Shown here: piece by piece, positions 28,381 to 37,725 of the stretch
How positions within the stretch are numbered: position 1 is the first letter of the stretch
How the letters are laid out: each line of letters begins with the position of its first letter
Virus record (IMG/VR): IMGVR_UViG_3300027736_001324
Coordinates: 199,710 to 263,709 of that record
Reading direction: 5' to 3' (one strand)
Length of the DNA: 64,000 bases
Translations under genes and position numbers: made by a program
Notes under the pieces: model-generated
What the model was told of the DNA's origin: nothing
Seen by the model: the letters and a program-made list of their open reading frames with translations, nothing else
Databases searched by the model: none

Positions 28381-28752
28381 AAACTTTATTTGGTTTGTTG
28401 AAAACACAACATACCAAACATCATCTCCCTCATCGTGTTCAGCAATGATACTATCATATCCGTCTGCTATTAATTCTTCACGTAGTTCTAAATAATCTTC
28501 TTTCTCTAGTCCTACTAACTCATCCATTGTTGCTTCATATGTCTTGTTCATGGTCAATGACGCAGATATGATATATTTTCCGTATAGTTTTGCTTCACGA
28601 ATAGAAGTAGTAAAAAAATGTCCTAGTACAGCATTTGGATCTCCTGTACTAGTTCCTAGCGTAGCATTATCAAATGACGAGAATTTATTGTTAGTACCGT
28701 GATAGGCAACAACACCCGAACTACTTTCAGCAATAAATTCTCTTGCTCTCAT
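28366..28752 (-). CDS. ADP-ribosyltransferase-like domain (ART-PolyVal type) with capsid-targeting-like N-terminus
   Basis: MRAREFIAE; AYHGT..F..F; GHFFT...A..YG; GYDSII. Confidence 0.72.
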   Translation of the reverse strand: MRAREFIAESSSGVVAYHGTNNKFSSFDNATLGTSTGDPNAVLGHFFTTSIREAKLYGKYIISASLTMNKTYEATMDELVGLEKEDYLELREELIADGYDSIIAEHDEGDDVWYVVFSTNQIKFLDLK

Positions 28753-28753
28753 T

Positions 28754-30262
28754 TTAGTGTCTTAACAATAGTGTACTTAATACACCAGGATCGTTAGCAC
28801 TAACATCACCTTCGCCCGGAGCAACAATAACATTGTACTTCATTCCAGTTGGGATTGAATTTCTCTTAGCCATATATTCAGTATAACTTAAAATACTTGA
28901 AGCACTGATTCCATATTCTGTAGCAATACGTTGTTTCATTTCTTTAAGTGCGGCTTCATCAGCAGGTTGCCATGCTCCGTCATCAGTTTTCTTCAAGTTA
29001 CCCTTCTCATCCTTAGCTAACAAGTCATAGAATAGTTTCTCTGGAACAATACGACTATTCTTTGTTGTATCTAATTTAGGGTCTTGCGCCTTTATTTTCT
29101 TCTCTTGCTCAGTGTTAGCACCTTCGCTCCAATTGATAATAAAGTTGTCTGGTTTCTTAGCTAATGCTGCTCCAGCCATCTTAGTGTAAGCATAGAACTT
29201 AACATCAGGGTGTTTAGCAGCCATCTTTAATGCCATGTCTAAATATTCTGGACTAAAGAAGTCACCGGCATCATGCCAACGAACTGTTGTTTGCCAACCA
29301 TCAGGGAATTTCTTATCACCCTTTGCTCCTGCACTTGCTTCTTTTGATATCTCACTACTTAATTGATTAAAGAATCCATCAGGATCATTCAACAGATATG
29401 TTAATATACGACCATCACTTTGCCATGCTGCTTTAAACTGAATCTTACCGCCCTTCATAGCAAAGCATTCTACTTTACATGAACCTGCACCCGGGCAAGT
29501 ATTAACAATGATTAATTTATTGGTTTGTTCATCAAGTGCAATTCCTACTAATGCCGCAAATCCAACATTGAAGAATTGTTCAAACTCTCCGTTACTATGC
29601 TTCATCTTTTCATTTTGCTTTAATAATGATTTAGGACGAATTGCTAATGTTTGTTTAACTGCATCTTCATCATATGTTTTACCATCCGGACTCATGTAAG
29701 TAACTACGCTACTACGATGGATGTAGGGCATTTTGTATTTGTCACCTTTGGTCTTGCCAGTAGTATACTTTTCGTTACCTTTTTTATCTATTTTAACATT
29801 ACCGCTTTTATCTAAATCAGGAGTACCAACGATACGCTTCATGTAATCTTGAAATTCTTGGCTATCCAAATCACGGGTTTGTGCTGGTAGTTTAGTTGCT
29901 TCATCTAGCCCAGATAGACTACGAATTCTATCTAAGTGTTCCGAGCCTTCCGCCACACCTTTGCGATAATCTGGAAATCCAAACTTGCGATAGTATGCTA
30001 ATGCGTGACCAAACATCTTTTTGTATTCTTCAGTACCCTTTTTGTAACCTTTTGTAGCCAACTCATTTTCAATATGACGAACCATTGGCATCTCTGCTTT
30101 TAGTAATTCTGGAGCACCTTCCGCCACACCTTGTTCTGATTCTTCATCAGGTTTTGAATCACCTGCACTAGCAACAAATTGCTGAGGTGTCATAATCTTT
30201 ATGCCACTAGGGGCTCCTGGCATCTTTGGCTCTGCGCCCTCTAATAGTTCTTTAAAGTTCAT
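28754..30262 (-). CDS. Polyprotein with Gp88-like (radical-SAM-like Cys cluster) domain
   Basis: MNFKELLEG; two GVAEG linkers; TCPGAGSCKVEC; VRWHDAGDFF; FYAYTK. Confidence 0.7.
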   Translation of the reverse strand: MNFKELLEGAEPKMPGAPSGIKIMTPQQFVASAGDSKPDEESEQGVAEGAPELLKAEMPMVRHIENELATKGYKKGTEEYKKMFGHALAYYRKFGFPDYRKGVAEGSEHLDRIRSLSGLDEATKLPAQTRDLDSQEFQDYMKRIVGTPDLDKSGNVKIDKKGNEKYTTGKTKGDKYKMPYIHRSSVVTYMSPDGKTYDEDAVKQTLAIRPKSLLKQNEKMKHSNGEFEQFFNVGFAALVGIALDEQTNKLIIVNTCPGAGSCKVECFAMKGGKIQFKAAWQSDGRILTYLLNDPDGFFNQLSSEISKEASAGAKGDKKFPDGWQTTVRWHDAGDFFSPEYLDMALKMAAKHPDVKFYAYTKMAGAALAKKPDNFIINWSEGANTEQEKKIKAQDPKLDTTKNSRIVPEKLFYDLLAKDEKGNLKKTDDGAWQPADEAALKEMKQRIATEYGISASSILSYTEYMAKRNSIPTGMKYNVIVAPGEGDVSANDPGVLSTLLLRH

Positions 30263-32739
30263 TTCTTATTGTTCCTAATGTATTGTTCAGCAAGCATTAC
30301 TAATTCATGTAGTTCTTCAATGCTTTCGCAATGCCATCTACGCAAACTTTTATTTATATTGCTATTTGGATCGTGTGCTGTTTTTGCACCAGTACGATGT
30401 TTCTTCATTCCACGCATTCTAGCACAGAATGATTTACGACGGGCAGCGGCTTTGCTACCTTTTTTAAGTTTGCTTGGTTTAGTTGTTACTGCTGTTTGAA
30501 TCTTGCTGCCTGGATGACTACGGCGATAACTGGCTACACTCTTTTTACTCATCCCACCTGCACGTTTATTATTGTGCTTTGACCAATTCTCGCCCTCATC
30601 AACTTCTTTCTTTGCCATGCCGATACCATCACAAGCACCGCATTTATACTTTTTAGCGCCCGGTACGTCATTAGCAGGAAGAATTTTTCCGTCAGGTGCT
30701 TTCCATAAAGTACCACGACCGTTACATCTTTTACAACTAGTATTAGGGTTCTTTACAGTGGCACCTGGCATGTAGTCACTCTTGCTGAAACCGCCTGGCA
30801 AGCCTTCCGCCACACCTTGCTGACCCGGCACTGTATCAACAATGTTTATCATTTTATCAGGAACTATTTGTACAGGAACATTGCCGTTGTATCCGGCGGC
30901 TTGGTATGCGATAAATCTATGATTCCCATCTATTACAAAAAGTTTACCCTTGTTATTCCAAACAACTAACGGACCTAATTTCCCATTTTGTTTTAGTTGT
31001 GGTAAAAGATGGTTATTGACCCATTGAGCAACCTTTGGATCCTTCATTGACTTACCATTTTCCCACATTTGTAATTTATTAAAAGGTGCCTCAGTTACTG
31101 GCAAACTTTTCTTTATCCTGTCATCAACAGTAGCACCTTTATAAGCAGGATTTGTATAGATAGTTACTAGTTGCTGTTCCAAGCCTTCCGCTACACCTTG
31201 CTGTTGTTCTGCCTTTACAAATTGATTGGGTCTTGGCATATCTAACCTGCGTGGATCATTCATTATGGCAGGATCTTGCATTAATTTGCTTTTAGGATTA
31301 ATCCAGAATCCAACCATTGTTCCTTTTAAGGGTAATGAACCTTTTGGAACAACTACTGCTTCTTCAAATTCACCACCTGCTTTGGCAGTAGGTTCAGCAT
31401 ATTTTGCTTTGCCTTTTGCGTTAGTTCTTGCCATTGGGTCTGTGTTCTGTGACCGTGCTTCACCGTCTTTTTTTAGATACGGGTTAAATGCTAGACCTTT
31501 GATATTTGTACTTTGACTTGTACCTAGTGTTTTGAAATTGCTTTCGACTGCATTACGATCTAAAACTAGTATTGCATCTCTACCAATGCCAGCCATTTGA
31601 TTGCTTGCATTTGATCCACTGGCATAGCCCCAATCTCTGGTCACGCTTACTGTAGGCAGTTTAGTCTGAGCCGAGGTTGCTGCCTGCGGACTAGTTGCTG
31701 ATCGGATACTACCGGACGATAGCATTCCTTTAAGACCGTTTGCATCCGTAGCATGATAAAGATAGTTTCCGCCTATACCTTCATTTAGCCCTTCCGCTAC
31801 ACCTTGCTTGTCAATACTTCCCCGTATACCGCATTTAGCACAATGATATTGTGTTAGCGTTGGGTGTTCTTTTTTCTTTACAGGACCATGGCAATGTGGG
31901 CAGGTACCTGTGGCCATTGCCTTGACTTCTTTACTCATATCTTCTTTGGAGCCTTCCGCCACACCTTTTGATGAAGCAGTTGGAGATTGCAGTGCCCTAG
32001 TTTTAACTCCAGGCATGCCACCTAATGTCGCTAATTTTTTAACCCAGCCTTCAGCGTCAGTATCATTAAGAGATGTAACTACAGTGCCATCGGGGTCAAT
32101 AGAATCTATACCAGTAAGTTTATCGCTAGCATATCCTGTATTATCAAAATAATGTCCAGGTACTGTACCAACTTTATTAGAACGATCTAAGCGAGTTTTA
32201 TACTCAGCATCCCCTTTTTGTTTGTGTACCTCTAAACCTTTAGAAATTGCTGCACGAACTTGTTGTTGTTGTGTGGTTTCAGTAGAGCCTTCCGCCACAC
32301 CTTGTTCTTCAATATTAGGGTTATTGATTTGTTCTGCTACACTATTCAATTTGTCATTGCTAACTGTAACAAAACTATACATCCAACCATCTAAACTAAC
32401 ACCCTTATCTAATTGATTCTTAATATGTATAGCATTTTTAATAATTTCACGAATCTCGCCTTGAGCCATTCCATCAATTTGCTCATCTTCCATAGCATAA
32501 CCTTCGGTTTTGGGCTTCTTCCCAGCCTTTTTCATGGCAATGGCAATTGCGGCCTGTCGTTTTGGGTTAGCCGCTTCATCTGTTGCTGACTTTTTTAATG
32601 CATCCGCTGTTGGAGCACCTTTACTTCCGGGCTTACGCATATGTTCACCGGAACCATTCTTGATTCGGTCACGCTTGGCATGTATGTTTGCCCATAACCC
32701 AGGCTTTTTGTTTTCGGATATAATTTCACTAAATCTCAT
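30259..32739 (-). CDS. Modular polyprotein: Zn ribbon, ART-like, ParB/Srx-like and DnaJ-type Zn finger modules plus conserved basic termini
   Basis: MRFSEIISE; five GVAEG linkers; CPHC..CAKC; YLYHAT..VSVTRD..EFEE; VIDGNHRF; CKRCNGRG..CGACDGIG; RRKSFCARM. Confidence 0.8.
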   Translation of the reverse strand: MRFSEIISENKKPGLWANIHAKRDRIKNGSGEHMRKPGSKGAPTADALKKSATDEAANPKRQAAIAIAMKKAGKKPKTEGYAMEDEQIDGMAQGEIREIIKNAIHIKNQLDKGVSLDGWMYSFVTVSNDKLNSVAEQINNPNIEEQGVAEGSTETTQQQQVRAAISKGLEVHKQKGDAEYKTRLDRSNKVGTVPGHYFDNTGYASDKLTGIDSIDPDGTVVTSLNDTDAEGWVKKLATLGGMPGVKTRALQSPTASSKGVAEGSKEDMSKEVKAMATGTCPHCHGPVKKKEHPTLTQYHCAKCGIRGSIDKQGVAEGLNEGIGGNYLYHATDANGLKGMLSSGSIRSATSPQAATSAQTKLPTVSVTRDWGYASGSNASNQMAGIGRDAILVLDRNAVESNFKTLGTSQSTNIKGLAFNPYLKKDGEARSQNTDPMARTNAKGKAKYAEPTAKAGGEFEEAVVVPKGSLPLKGTMVGFWINPKSKLMQDPAIMNDPRRLDMPRPNQFVKAEQQQGVAEGLEQQLVTIYTNPAYKGATVDDRIKKSLPVTEAPFNKLQMWENGKSMKDPKVAQWVNNHLLPQLKQNGKLGPLVVWNNKGKLFVIDGNHRFIAYQAAGYNGNVPVQIVPDKMINIVDTVPGQQGVAEGLPGGFSKSDYMPGATVKNPNTSCKRCNGRGTLWKAPDGKILPANDVPGAKKYKCGACDGIGMAKKEVDEGENWSKHNNKRAGGMSKKSVASYRRSHPGSKIQTAVTTKPSKLKKGSKAAARRKSFCARMRGMKKHRTGAKTAHDPNSNINKSLRRWHCESIEELHELVMLAEQYIRNNKK

Positions 32740-32757
32740 GTTTTTGTCCGTAAATAG

Positions 32758-32803
32758 TTGACTTTATTGCGTAATTCTGTTACACTATATGTATTATTTA
32801 TCA
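32758..32803. promoter_or_regulatory. Divergent promoter region: sigma70 promoter (+) for uvsE and late-type TAAATA (-) for the cargo operon
   Basis: TTGACT(32758)-17 bp-TACACT(32781); minus-strand GATAAATA at 32795-32802. Confidence 0.65.
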
Positions 32804-33844
32804 CTTTGGACTTTTATCTTGACAAATCAATCTATCAAACGTATCGGTTTCGCTTGTAAGTTTAGTGAACTAAACAGTAAGGGTGAAATCTGTTCTATCA
32901 AAGAACTAAACACAGGCGGCACAACTCGTGCCTGGGTCAATAGACAAACTCAAAGTGTAGCGGAAGAAAAGGTGCTAGATGTATCAAAACAAAACATTCT
33001 ACATACTCACAATCTAGTTAAAAAAGTGTCATCACTGGAACCCGCATTGCGTATGGTTCGTCTTACATCGGATATGTTGCCTTTCTATACAATGGATGGC
33101 TGGCAAGAGTTTTGGCAAGATAAATCAATGCAGGATAATCTAGCACGATGGTTTGCACCCATCGGTGAAACTGCACGGGCTAATGATGTTCGTCTTAGCT
33201 TTCACCCTGACCAATTTGTAGTTTTAGCGAGTGACCGTGAAGAAGTAGTAAATAAGAGTATAGAAGAATTTGAATATCATTGTGACATGGTTCGTTGGAT
33301 GGGCTATGGCAAGACATTTCAAGACTTCAAAGTTAATGTACACATCAGTGGTCGTAAAGGTCCACAGGGCATTCGTGATGTATACAATCGTTTGTCACCC
33401 GAAGCCCGCAACACACTTACACTAGAGAATGAGGAATACACACATGGACTTACAGACTGCTTATCATTATCTGACCTCGTACCTACGGTCCTGGACATAC
33501 ATCACCACTGGATTAGGGAAGGTGAATATATTCAACCTACTGATGACAGGGTTAAGAGGGTTATTGATAGTTGGCGTGGCGTGCGCCCTACTATGCATTA
33601 CAGTGTTAGCCGCGAAGATGTACTCACAGGTCATTCCACTACACAATTACCCGATCATGGTGCGTTGATTGCAGAAGGACACAGTAAACAGAAACTCAGG
33701 GCACATAGCGACCAATATTGGAACGATGCTGTGAACGATTGGGCATTGACATTTGTTGATAACTTTGATACCATGTGTGAATCAAAATGGAAAAATCTTG
33801 CCAGCTTTAAATTATTTGAAAGATACAAAAATGGGATTATTTGA
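32789..33844 (+). CDS. uvsE: UV damage endonuclease (UvsE/UVDE)
   Basis: IGFACK, VRLTSD..P, LSFHPDQF, LTLENEE, DIHHH, HYS, AHSD, CESK.KNLA; true start uncertain. Confidence 0.92.
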   Translation: MYYLSLWTFILTNQSIKRIGFACKFSELNSKGEICSIKELNTGGTTRAWVNRQTQSVAEEKVLDVSKQNILHTHNLVKKVSSLEPALRMVRLTSDMLPFYTMDGWQEFWQDKSMQDNLARWFAPIGETARANDVRLSFHPDQFVVLASDREEVVNKSIEEFEYHCDMVRWMGYGKTFQDFKVNVHISGRKGPQGIRDVYNRLSPEARNTLTLENEEYTHGLTDCLSLSDLVPTVLDIHHHWIREGEYIQPTDDRVKRVIDSWRGVRPTMHYSVSREDVLTGHSTTQLPDHGALIAEGHSKQKLRAHSDQYWNDAVNDWALTFVDNFDTMCESKWKNLASFKLFERYKNGII

Positions 33845-34274
33845 TAAACTATTTGGCAAAAAGCCAGAACCAGTGGTAGAGGCACCAAAGCCTGTAACGG
33901 AAAAGAAACCTCGCAAACCTAAGATAAAGAAGGAAGCACCTACTTCATCTGATAAGGAAAAGGCCAATGCAGAGGGACTACCCTATGTTAACATTCTCAA
34001 AATGGAAATCGATCCATACGATATTAACAGTGGTGCGTTTGAACTTGACTTTAACGACAAATTCGTATTGAATCTGATTCGTGCAGGGTATAAAATTCGT
34101 GATGACGATACTGATACTATCATTGTGGATCGCTGGTTCCAAACAGTTTGTCGCAATGTAGCACTTGAACTGTATGAACAGCAACAAGCGGATCCGGAAA
34201 ACCGAGCAATGGCCTCAGATATGAGAGTGGTCCGTGCTAAGGATTTGGGTGATGGACGTACAGAGGTAAGTTGA
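33831..34274 (+). CDS. Conserved-looking phage hypothetical protein
   Basis: MGLFDKLFGK start; ELDFND.FV..L..AGY. Confidence 0.7.
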   Translation: MGLFDKLFGKKPEPVVEAPKPVTEKKPRKPKIKKEAPTSSDKEKANAEGLPYVNILKMEIDPYDINSGAFELDFNDKFVLNLIRAGYKIRDDDTDTIIVDRWFQTVCRNVALELYEQQQADPENRAMASDMRVVRAKDLGDGRTEVS

Positions 34275-34714
34275 TGAGAAGATCAGTTTTTAATACTTTT
34301 ATAGAGAGTAGCGTATATAATATATTGAATCGGAATAAGGAACATGTTAATTGTCCCTTGATAATTAAAACATCATACAAGACTCTGTATCGCCGAGCAT
34401 TGTATTGTGCAGAGCATGATTTTTTTCTTACTTGGGTTAATGAAAATCATTATGATGAGTATAAAGAATTAGGAATCAATCATGTAGAATACCCCGATGA
34501 TAATTATTATTTCTCATTGTTACACCAGACCAACTCTAAAAATAATAACTGGGCAGTAAAAAACTTGTTAACAATGGGTGATCCTGAAATAACAACAAAA
34601 GTAAAAAACTATAGAAATGGCAAAAAAGTTGATTTATGGGTAGCTTTCAAGGGAGACCCATGTCGTGATCCTTCAATGCCTGAATATTGGAAATTTATTG
34701 AGAAATTTGTATAA
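34271..34714 (+). CDS. Hypothetical protein
   Basis: 147 aa coupled ORF. Confidence 0.6.
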   Translation: MMRRSVFNTFIESSVYNILNRNKEHVNCPLIIKTSYKTLYRRALYCAEHDFFLTWVNENHYDEYKELGINHVEYPDDNYYFSLLHQTNSKNNNWAVKNLLTMGDPEITTKVKNYRNGKKVDLWVAFKGDPCRDPSMPEYWKFIEKFV

Positions 34715-34744
34715 TTTTGTTGTAAAAATGCAACAAACTAATAG

Positions 34745-34773
34745 TTGACATTAATATCAAACTACTGTATACT
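34745..34773 (+). promoter_or_regulatory. Sigma70-type promoter
   Basis: TTGACA-17 bp-TATACT. Confidence 0.75.
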
Positions 34774-34800
34774 TAAGGCTTATTAACTCAAATATACAAT

Positions 34801-35412
34801 ATGTCTAATAATTATGAAATTGACCCTAAGATAATTTCAAAATTGAAATCATTTGATTGGGATTTTATTATTGATTTTGGATTCAATAAAGTAAATCATA
34901 TCAAGGGAAATCAATATAATTTTTGGAGAGGTACACTAATGGAACAAATAGTTGCCCTGCAAGATACAAAATTGAAGTTTGTGGGTGGTGATACTCATCA
35001 TAAAGATTTTGACTGGGAACGGTTTGGAGTAACTTTAGAACTTAAATCTTTACTTACTAAAGAGATGTACACTAGACGCGGTGCTCTTAAAACAAATTTT
35101 AAATTAAATCTTACCAACTTACGAAGTACACGAGAATTAAAGGAATCAGAAATTTGTGATATAATTTTAGTTATTATGAAAGATGGTACTTTCATAATTC
35201 CTAAACAAATAGCTTTCCAAAATCGTATACAAAACGGCAAAAAAGTTGATATAATTGTGCCATCTAAGTATATTATTGAAATTTCAGGTAGAAAAAGTTT
35301 AAGTCTTGTAAATCAAAAGGTAGATATCAACGAAATGATACGAGATTTTAGTAAACATACTATTGAACTAGCAAAAGAAGATTTTATTTCTCGGCAAAAA
35401 CTAAAGGTGTAA
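34801..35412 (+). CDS. Putative PD-(D/E)xK restriction-endonuclease-like protein
   Basis: GTLME...KDFD...LELKS spacing (E..D..ExK). Confidence 0.5.
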   Translation: MSNNYEIDPKIISKLKSFDWDFIIDFGFNKVNHIKGNQYNFWRGTLMEQIVALQDTKLKFVGGDTHHKDFDWERFGVTLELKSLLTKEMYTRRGALKTNFKLNLTNLRSTRELKESEICDIILVIMKDGTFIIPKQIAFQNRIQNGKKVDIIVPSKYIIEISGRKSLSLVNQKVDINEMIRDFSKHTIELAKEDFISRQKLKV

Positions 35413-35415
35413 ATT

Positions 35416-36693
35416 ATGGCTACAGCAATTTTTAACAAGCCTCAGGGCAAAATTGATATTTCAAAAATTGATAATGTTCTTATTAAGCCCAAAGGAACAT
35501 TTAAAAAATATACAGTACAAGATTGGGGCGATATGCTTATGTTAGATAAGGAAATTAAAAATATCCTTAATACTGATAAGGCAAATGATGTTGCAAATAC
35601 AGATTCTAGATTTGACCCCGCAGTAATGGGTGTTACTGGATACACCTTGCTTAAGGAATTCTTTTATGATGAGGAATATCAACGATTAATGGAAATGAGC
35701 AATTCAAAAAGATTGCTTAGAACTTTTGATTTACGATTCTTTACGTGTGTATTTTGTGTTAAGGTAATAAACAAAAAGAATAAACCTTTTACTATCATAG
35801 ACGGCGCAGGCAATGCAATGGTTCTTTATATGAACACGGTTGACGGATGGCACCATTTAGTTGACTTGTACCTTGAACTACGTGCAGGAAATATCAAAGG
35901 ATGGGATCCTGAAGATTGGGGAGACTTTCCTGTGCCCACACAAACATGGACAACCGATGATCCTACTTTACCGGGTCTTATTGCACTTATGTTAAACGGT
36001 GAAGGACAGTCTAAATGGGGTGAATTTGAATATTTGAGAATTCATAGCAATAATTATAGATTGTATCCCAAACAAGCAACTGAGCAGGATAAATTAGCAT
36101 ACGACCAAGTAATGACTTGTCTCCAGGCAGGTAATACTGCACTACTACCTAACAATCATACTGATGCTAAAGAAGCCGGGGTGTTTTCACACATTGGGGC
36201 AGTAACGCAAAGTGCTAATGCAGAAATACCCCGTCTGGAGTTTATCATGTCTCAAAATGAAAAATGGTGGCCTTTAGAGGAAAGAAGTAGTGCAATGTTT
36301 GGGTTTTATGGTAACATATACGATGAGTTTGTTCGCAATCACAAACCACTTGGTGGCACCGCATTTGACGATCAAATGCTAAATTATCATTATATCCTAC
36401 AACAAGTATTTGGTAATTTAAGCAAGGCAATGAAAGCTATTAAGGGTAAACACGGGGCATTGAAAAAATTAGAGACATTATCTAATCAAGGTTGGAAAGC
36501 ACCAAGTGGTGACACTGAAGTATTGGCAGTAGTAGAAATCATTTATAAGGATTATTTAAAGGGTACTCATAAAATTTCTGCGATACGTGGAAGTTATGTT
36601 TGGACTAATACAAAAAAGCAACAACAAACAGTTGTGGATGCTTTAATGAAACTTCCAAATACTACTTATGCTCAAATAATTAGTTCCTTATAA
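35416..36693 (+). CDS. ParB/DGQHR-like domain protein
   Basis: YQR and IIDG...VDGWHH motifs in a 425-aa ORF. Confidence 0.45.
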   Translation: MATAIFNKPQGKIDISKIDNVLIKPKGTFKKYTVQDWGDMLMLDKEIKNILNTDKANDVANTDSRFDPAVMGVTGYTLLKEFFYDEEYQRLMEMSNSKRLLRTFDLRFFTCVFCVKVINKKNKPFTIIDGAGNAMVLYMNTVDGWHHLVDLYLELRAGNIKGWDPEDWGDFPVPTQTWTTDDPTLPGLIALMLNGEGQSKWGEFEYLRIHSNNYRLYPKQATEQDKLAYDQVMTCLQAGNTALLPNNHTDAKEAGVFSHIGAVTQSANAEIPRLEFIMSQNEKWWPLEERSSAMFGFYGNIYDEFVRNHKPLGGTAFDDQMLNYHYILQQVFGNLSKAMKAIKGKHGALKKLETLSNQGWKAPSGDTEVLAVVEIIYKDYLKGTHKISAIRGSYVWTNTKKQQQTVVDALMKLPNTTYAQIISSL

Positions 36694-36694
36694 G

Positions 36695-36723
36695 TTGACT
36701 TTATTCAAATACCAGTATATAAT
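36695..36723 (+). promoter_or_regulatory. Sigma70-type promoter
   Basis: TTGACT-17 bp-TATAAT. Confidence 0.75.
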
Positions 36724-36729
36724 ACACGT

Positions 36730-37725
36730 ATGAAATACGCATTAATTGATACCGCAAATACTTTTTTTCGGGCCCGTCACATTGCATCACGCAGTAGTAC
36801 GGTTGACGAGAAGATAGGGATGGCAATTCATCTTACACTAGCAAGTACTAATCAAATCGTTAAACGTTTTGGAATTGATCATGTTGTGTTTTGTCTCGAA
36901 GGTAGGTCGTGGAGAAAGGACTTCTATGCTCCATATAAGAAGAACCGTGTAGTAGATACGCTATCGCAAACAGAAGCGGAAGTGGAAGAAAACACCATGT
37001 TTTGGCAAACGTATGAGGCCTTCACAAATTACCTTAAAGACCGCACAAACTGTAGTGTATTGCGTGATCCTAAGGCTGAAGCTGATGATCTCATAGCCCG
37101 CTGGATTCACTTGCATCCAGCAGATGAACATTTTATAATTTCAACCGACAGCGATTTTTACCAATTAATTTCTCCTACAGTAAAACAATATTCGGGTGTC
37201 ACTGGTGAACTAATTACGCTAGAGGGATTTTTCAAAGAAAATGGTAAGCCCGTATTGGATAAGTTAAAGAATCCGAAACTATTAGAGGATCCACAATATA
37301 TATTATTTCGCAAAATAATGCGCGGTGACGCAACCGACAACGTATTCAGTGCTTTTCCCGGGGTACGTGAAAAAGGTTCAGCAAAGAAAGCTGGATTGAT
37401 TGAAGCATATGCTGATCGCCATAAGCAAGGCTATGCGTGGAACAATATGCAACTTTCCCGCTGGTCCGACCATGAAGGAAATGAGGTCCGTGTCAAGGAC
37501 GCATATGAGAGAAATCGTACCCTAATTGACTTGACAGCACAGCCCGATGATGTTAAACTGTCAGTAGATACAAACATCCGTGAAGGTGTTCGTACAACTA
37601 CTATTCCTCAAGTGGGCCTACACTTACTAAAATTTTGCGGGAAGTATGAACTGCAAAAAATTGCAGATAACGCGGAGACATACGCAAAATGGTTGAACAG
37701 CCCTTATGTAGGAGTATTGAAATGA
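36730..37725 (+). CDS. 5'-3' exonuclease / T4 RNase H-like flap endonuclease
   Basis: LIDTAN, WRKDFYAPYK.NR, EADDLIA, ISTDSDF.QL, GDATDNV..PGV. Confidence 0.92.
   Translation: MKYALIDTANTFFRARHIASRSSTVDEKIGMAIHLTLASTNQIVKRFGIDHVVFCLEGRSWRKDFYAPYKKNRVVDTLSQTEAEVEENTMFWQTYEAFTNYLKDRTNCSVLRDPKAEADDLIARWIHLHPADEHFIISTDSDFYQLISPTVKQYSGVTGELITLEGFFKENGKPVLDKLKNPKLLEDPQYILFRKIMRGDATDNVFSAFPGVREKGSAKKAGLIEAYADRHKQGYAWNNMQLSRWSDHEGNEVRVKDAYERNRTLIDLTAQPDDVKLSVDTNIREGVRTTTIPQVGLHLLKFCGKYELQKIADNAETYAKWLNSPYVGVLK

Larger units (their letters stand above)
725..32304. repeat. Dispersed 17-bp repeat (C/A)AAGGYGTRGCGGAAG(G/A), 10 copies, all in frame as (Q/K)GVAE(G/D)
   Basis: Plus strand: 725, 1094, 4341. 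Minus strand: 29946-29962, 30117-30133, 30803-30819, 31184-31200, 31790-31806, 31952-31968, 32288-32304. Confidence 0.95.

Noticed and set aside
725-32304. Dispersed repeats as a CRISPR array
   Set aside because: Copies are in frame within ORFs, only 17 bp long, irregularly spaced by 150-3200 bp or more, and no cas motifs are present.
32951-32967. caaagtgtagcggaaga (QSVAEE) in uvsE resembles the 17-bp repeat
   Set aside because: It lies inside a continuous UVDE domain, lacks the Gly codon and is not at a module boundary. Treated as probable coincidence.
34801-35412. Homing endonuclease or mobile element
   Set aside because: No HNH, GIY-YIG or LAGLIDADG motif and no interrupted host gene. 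Only a tentative PD-(D/E)xK call is kept.
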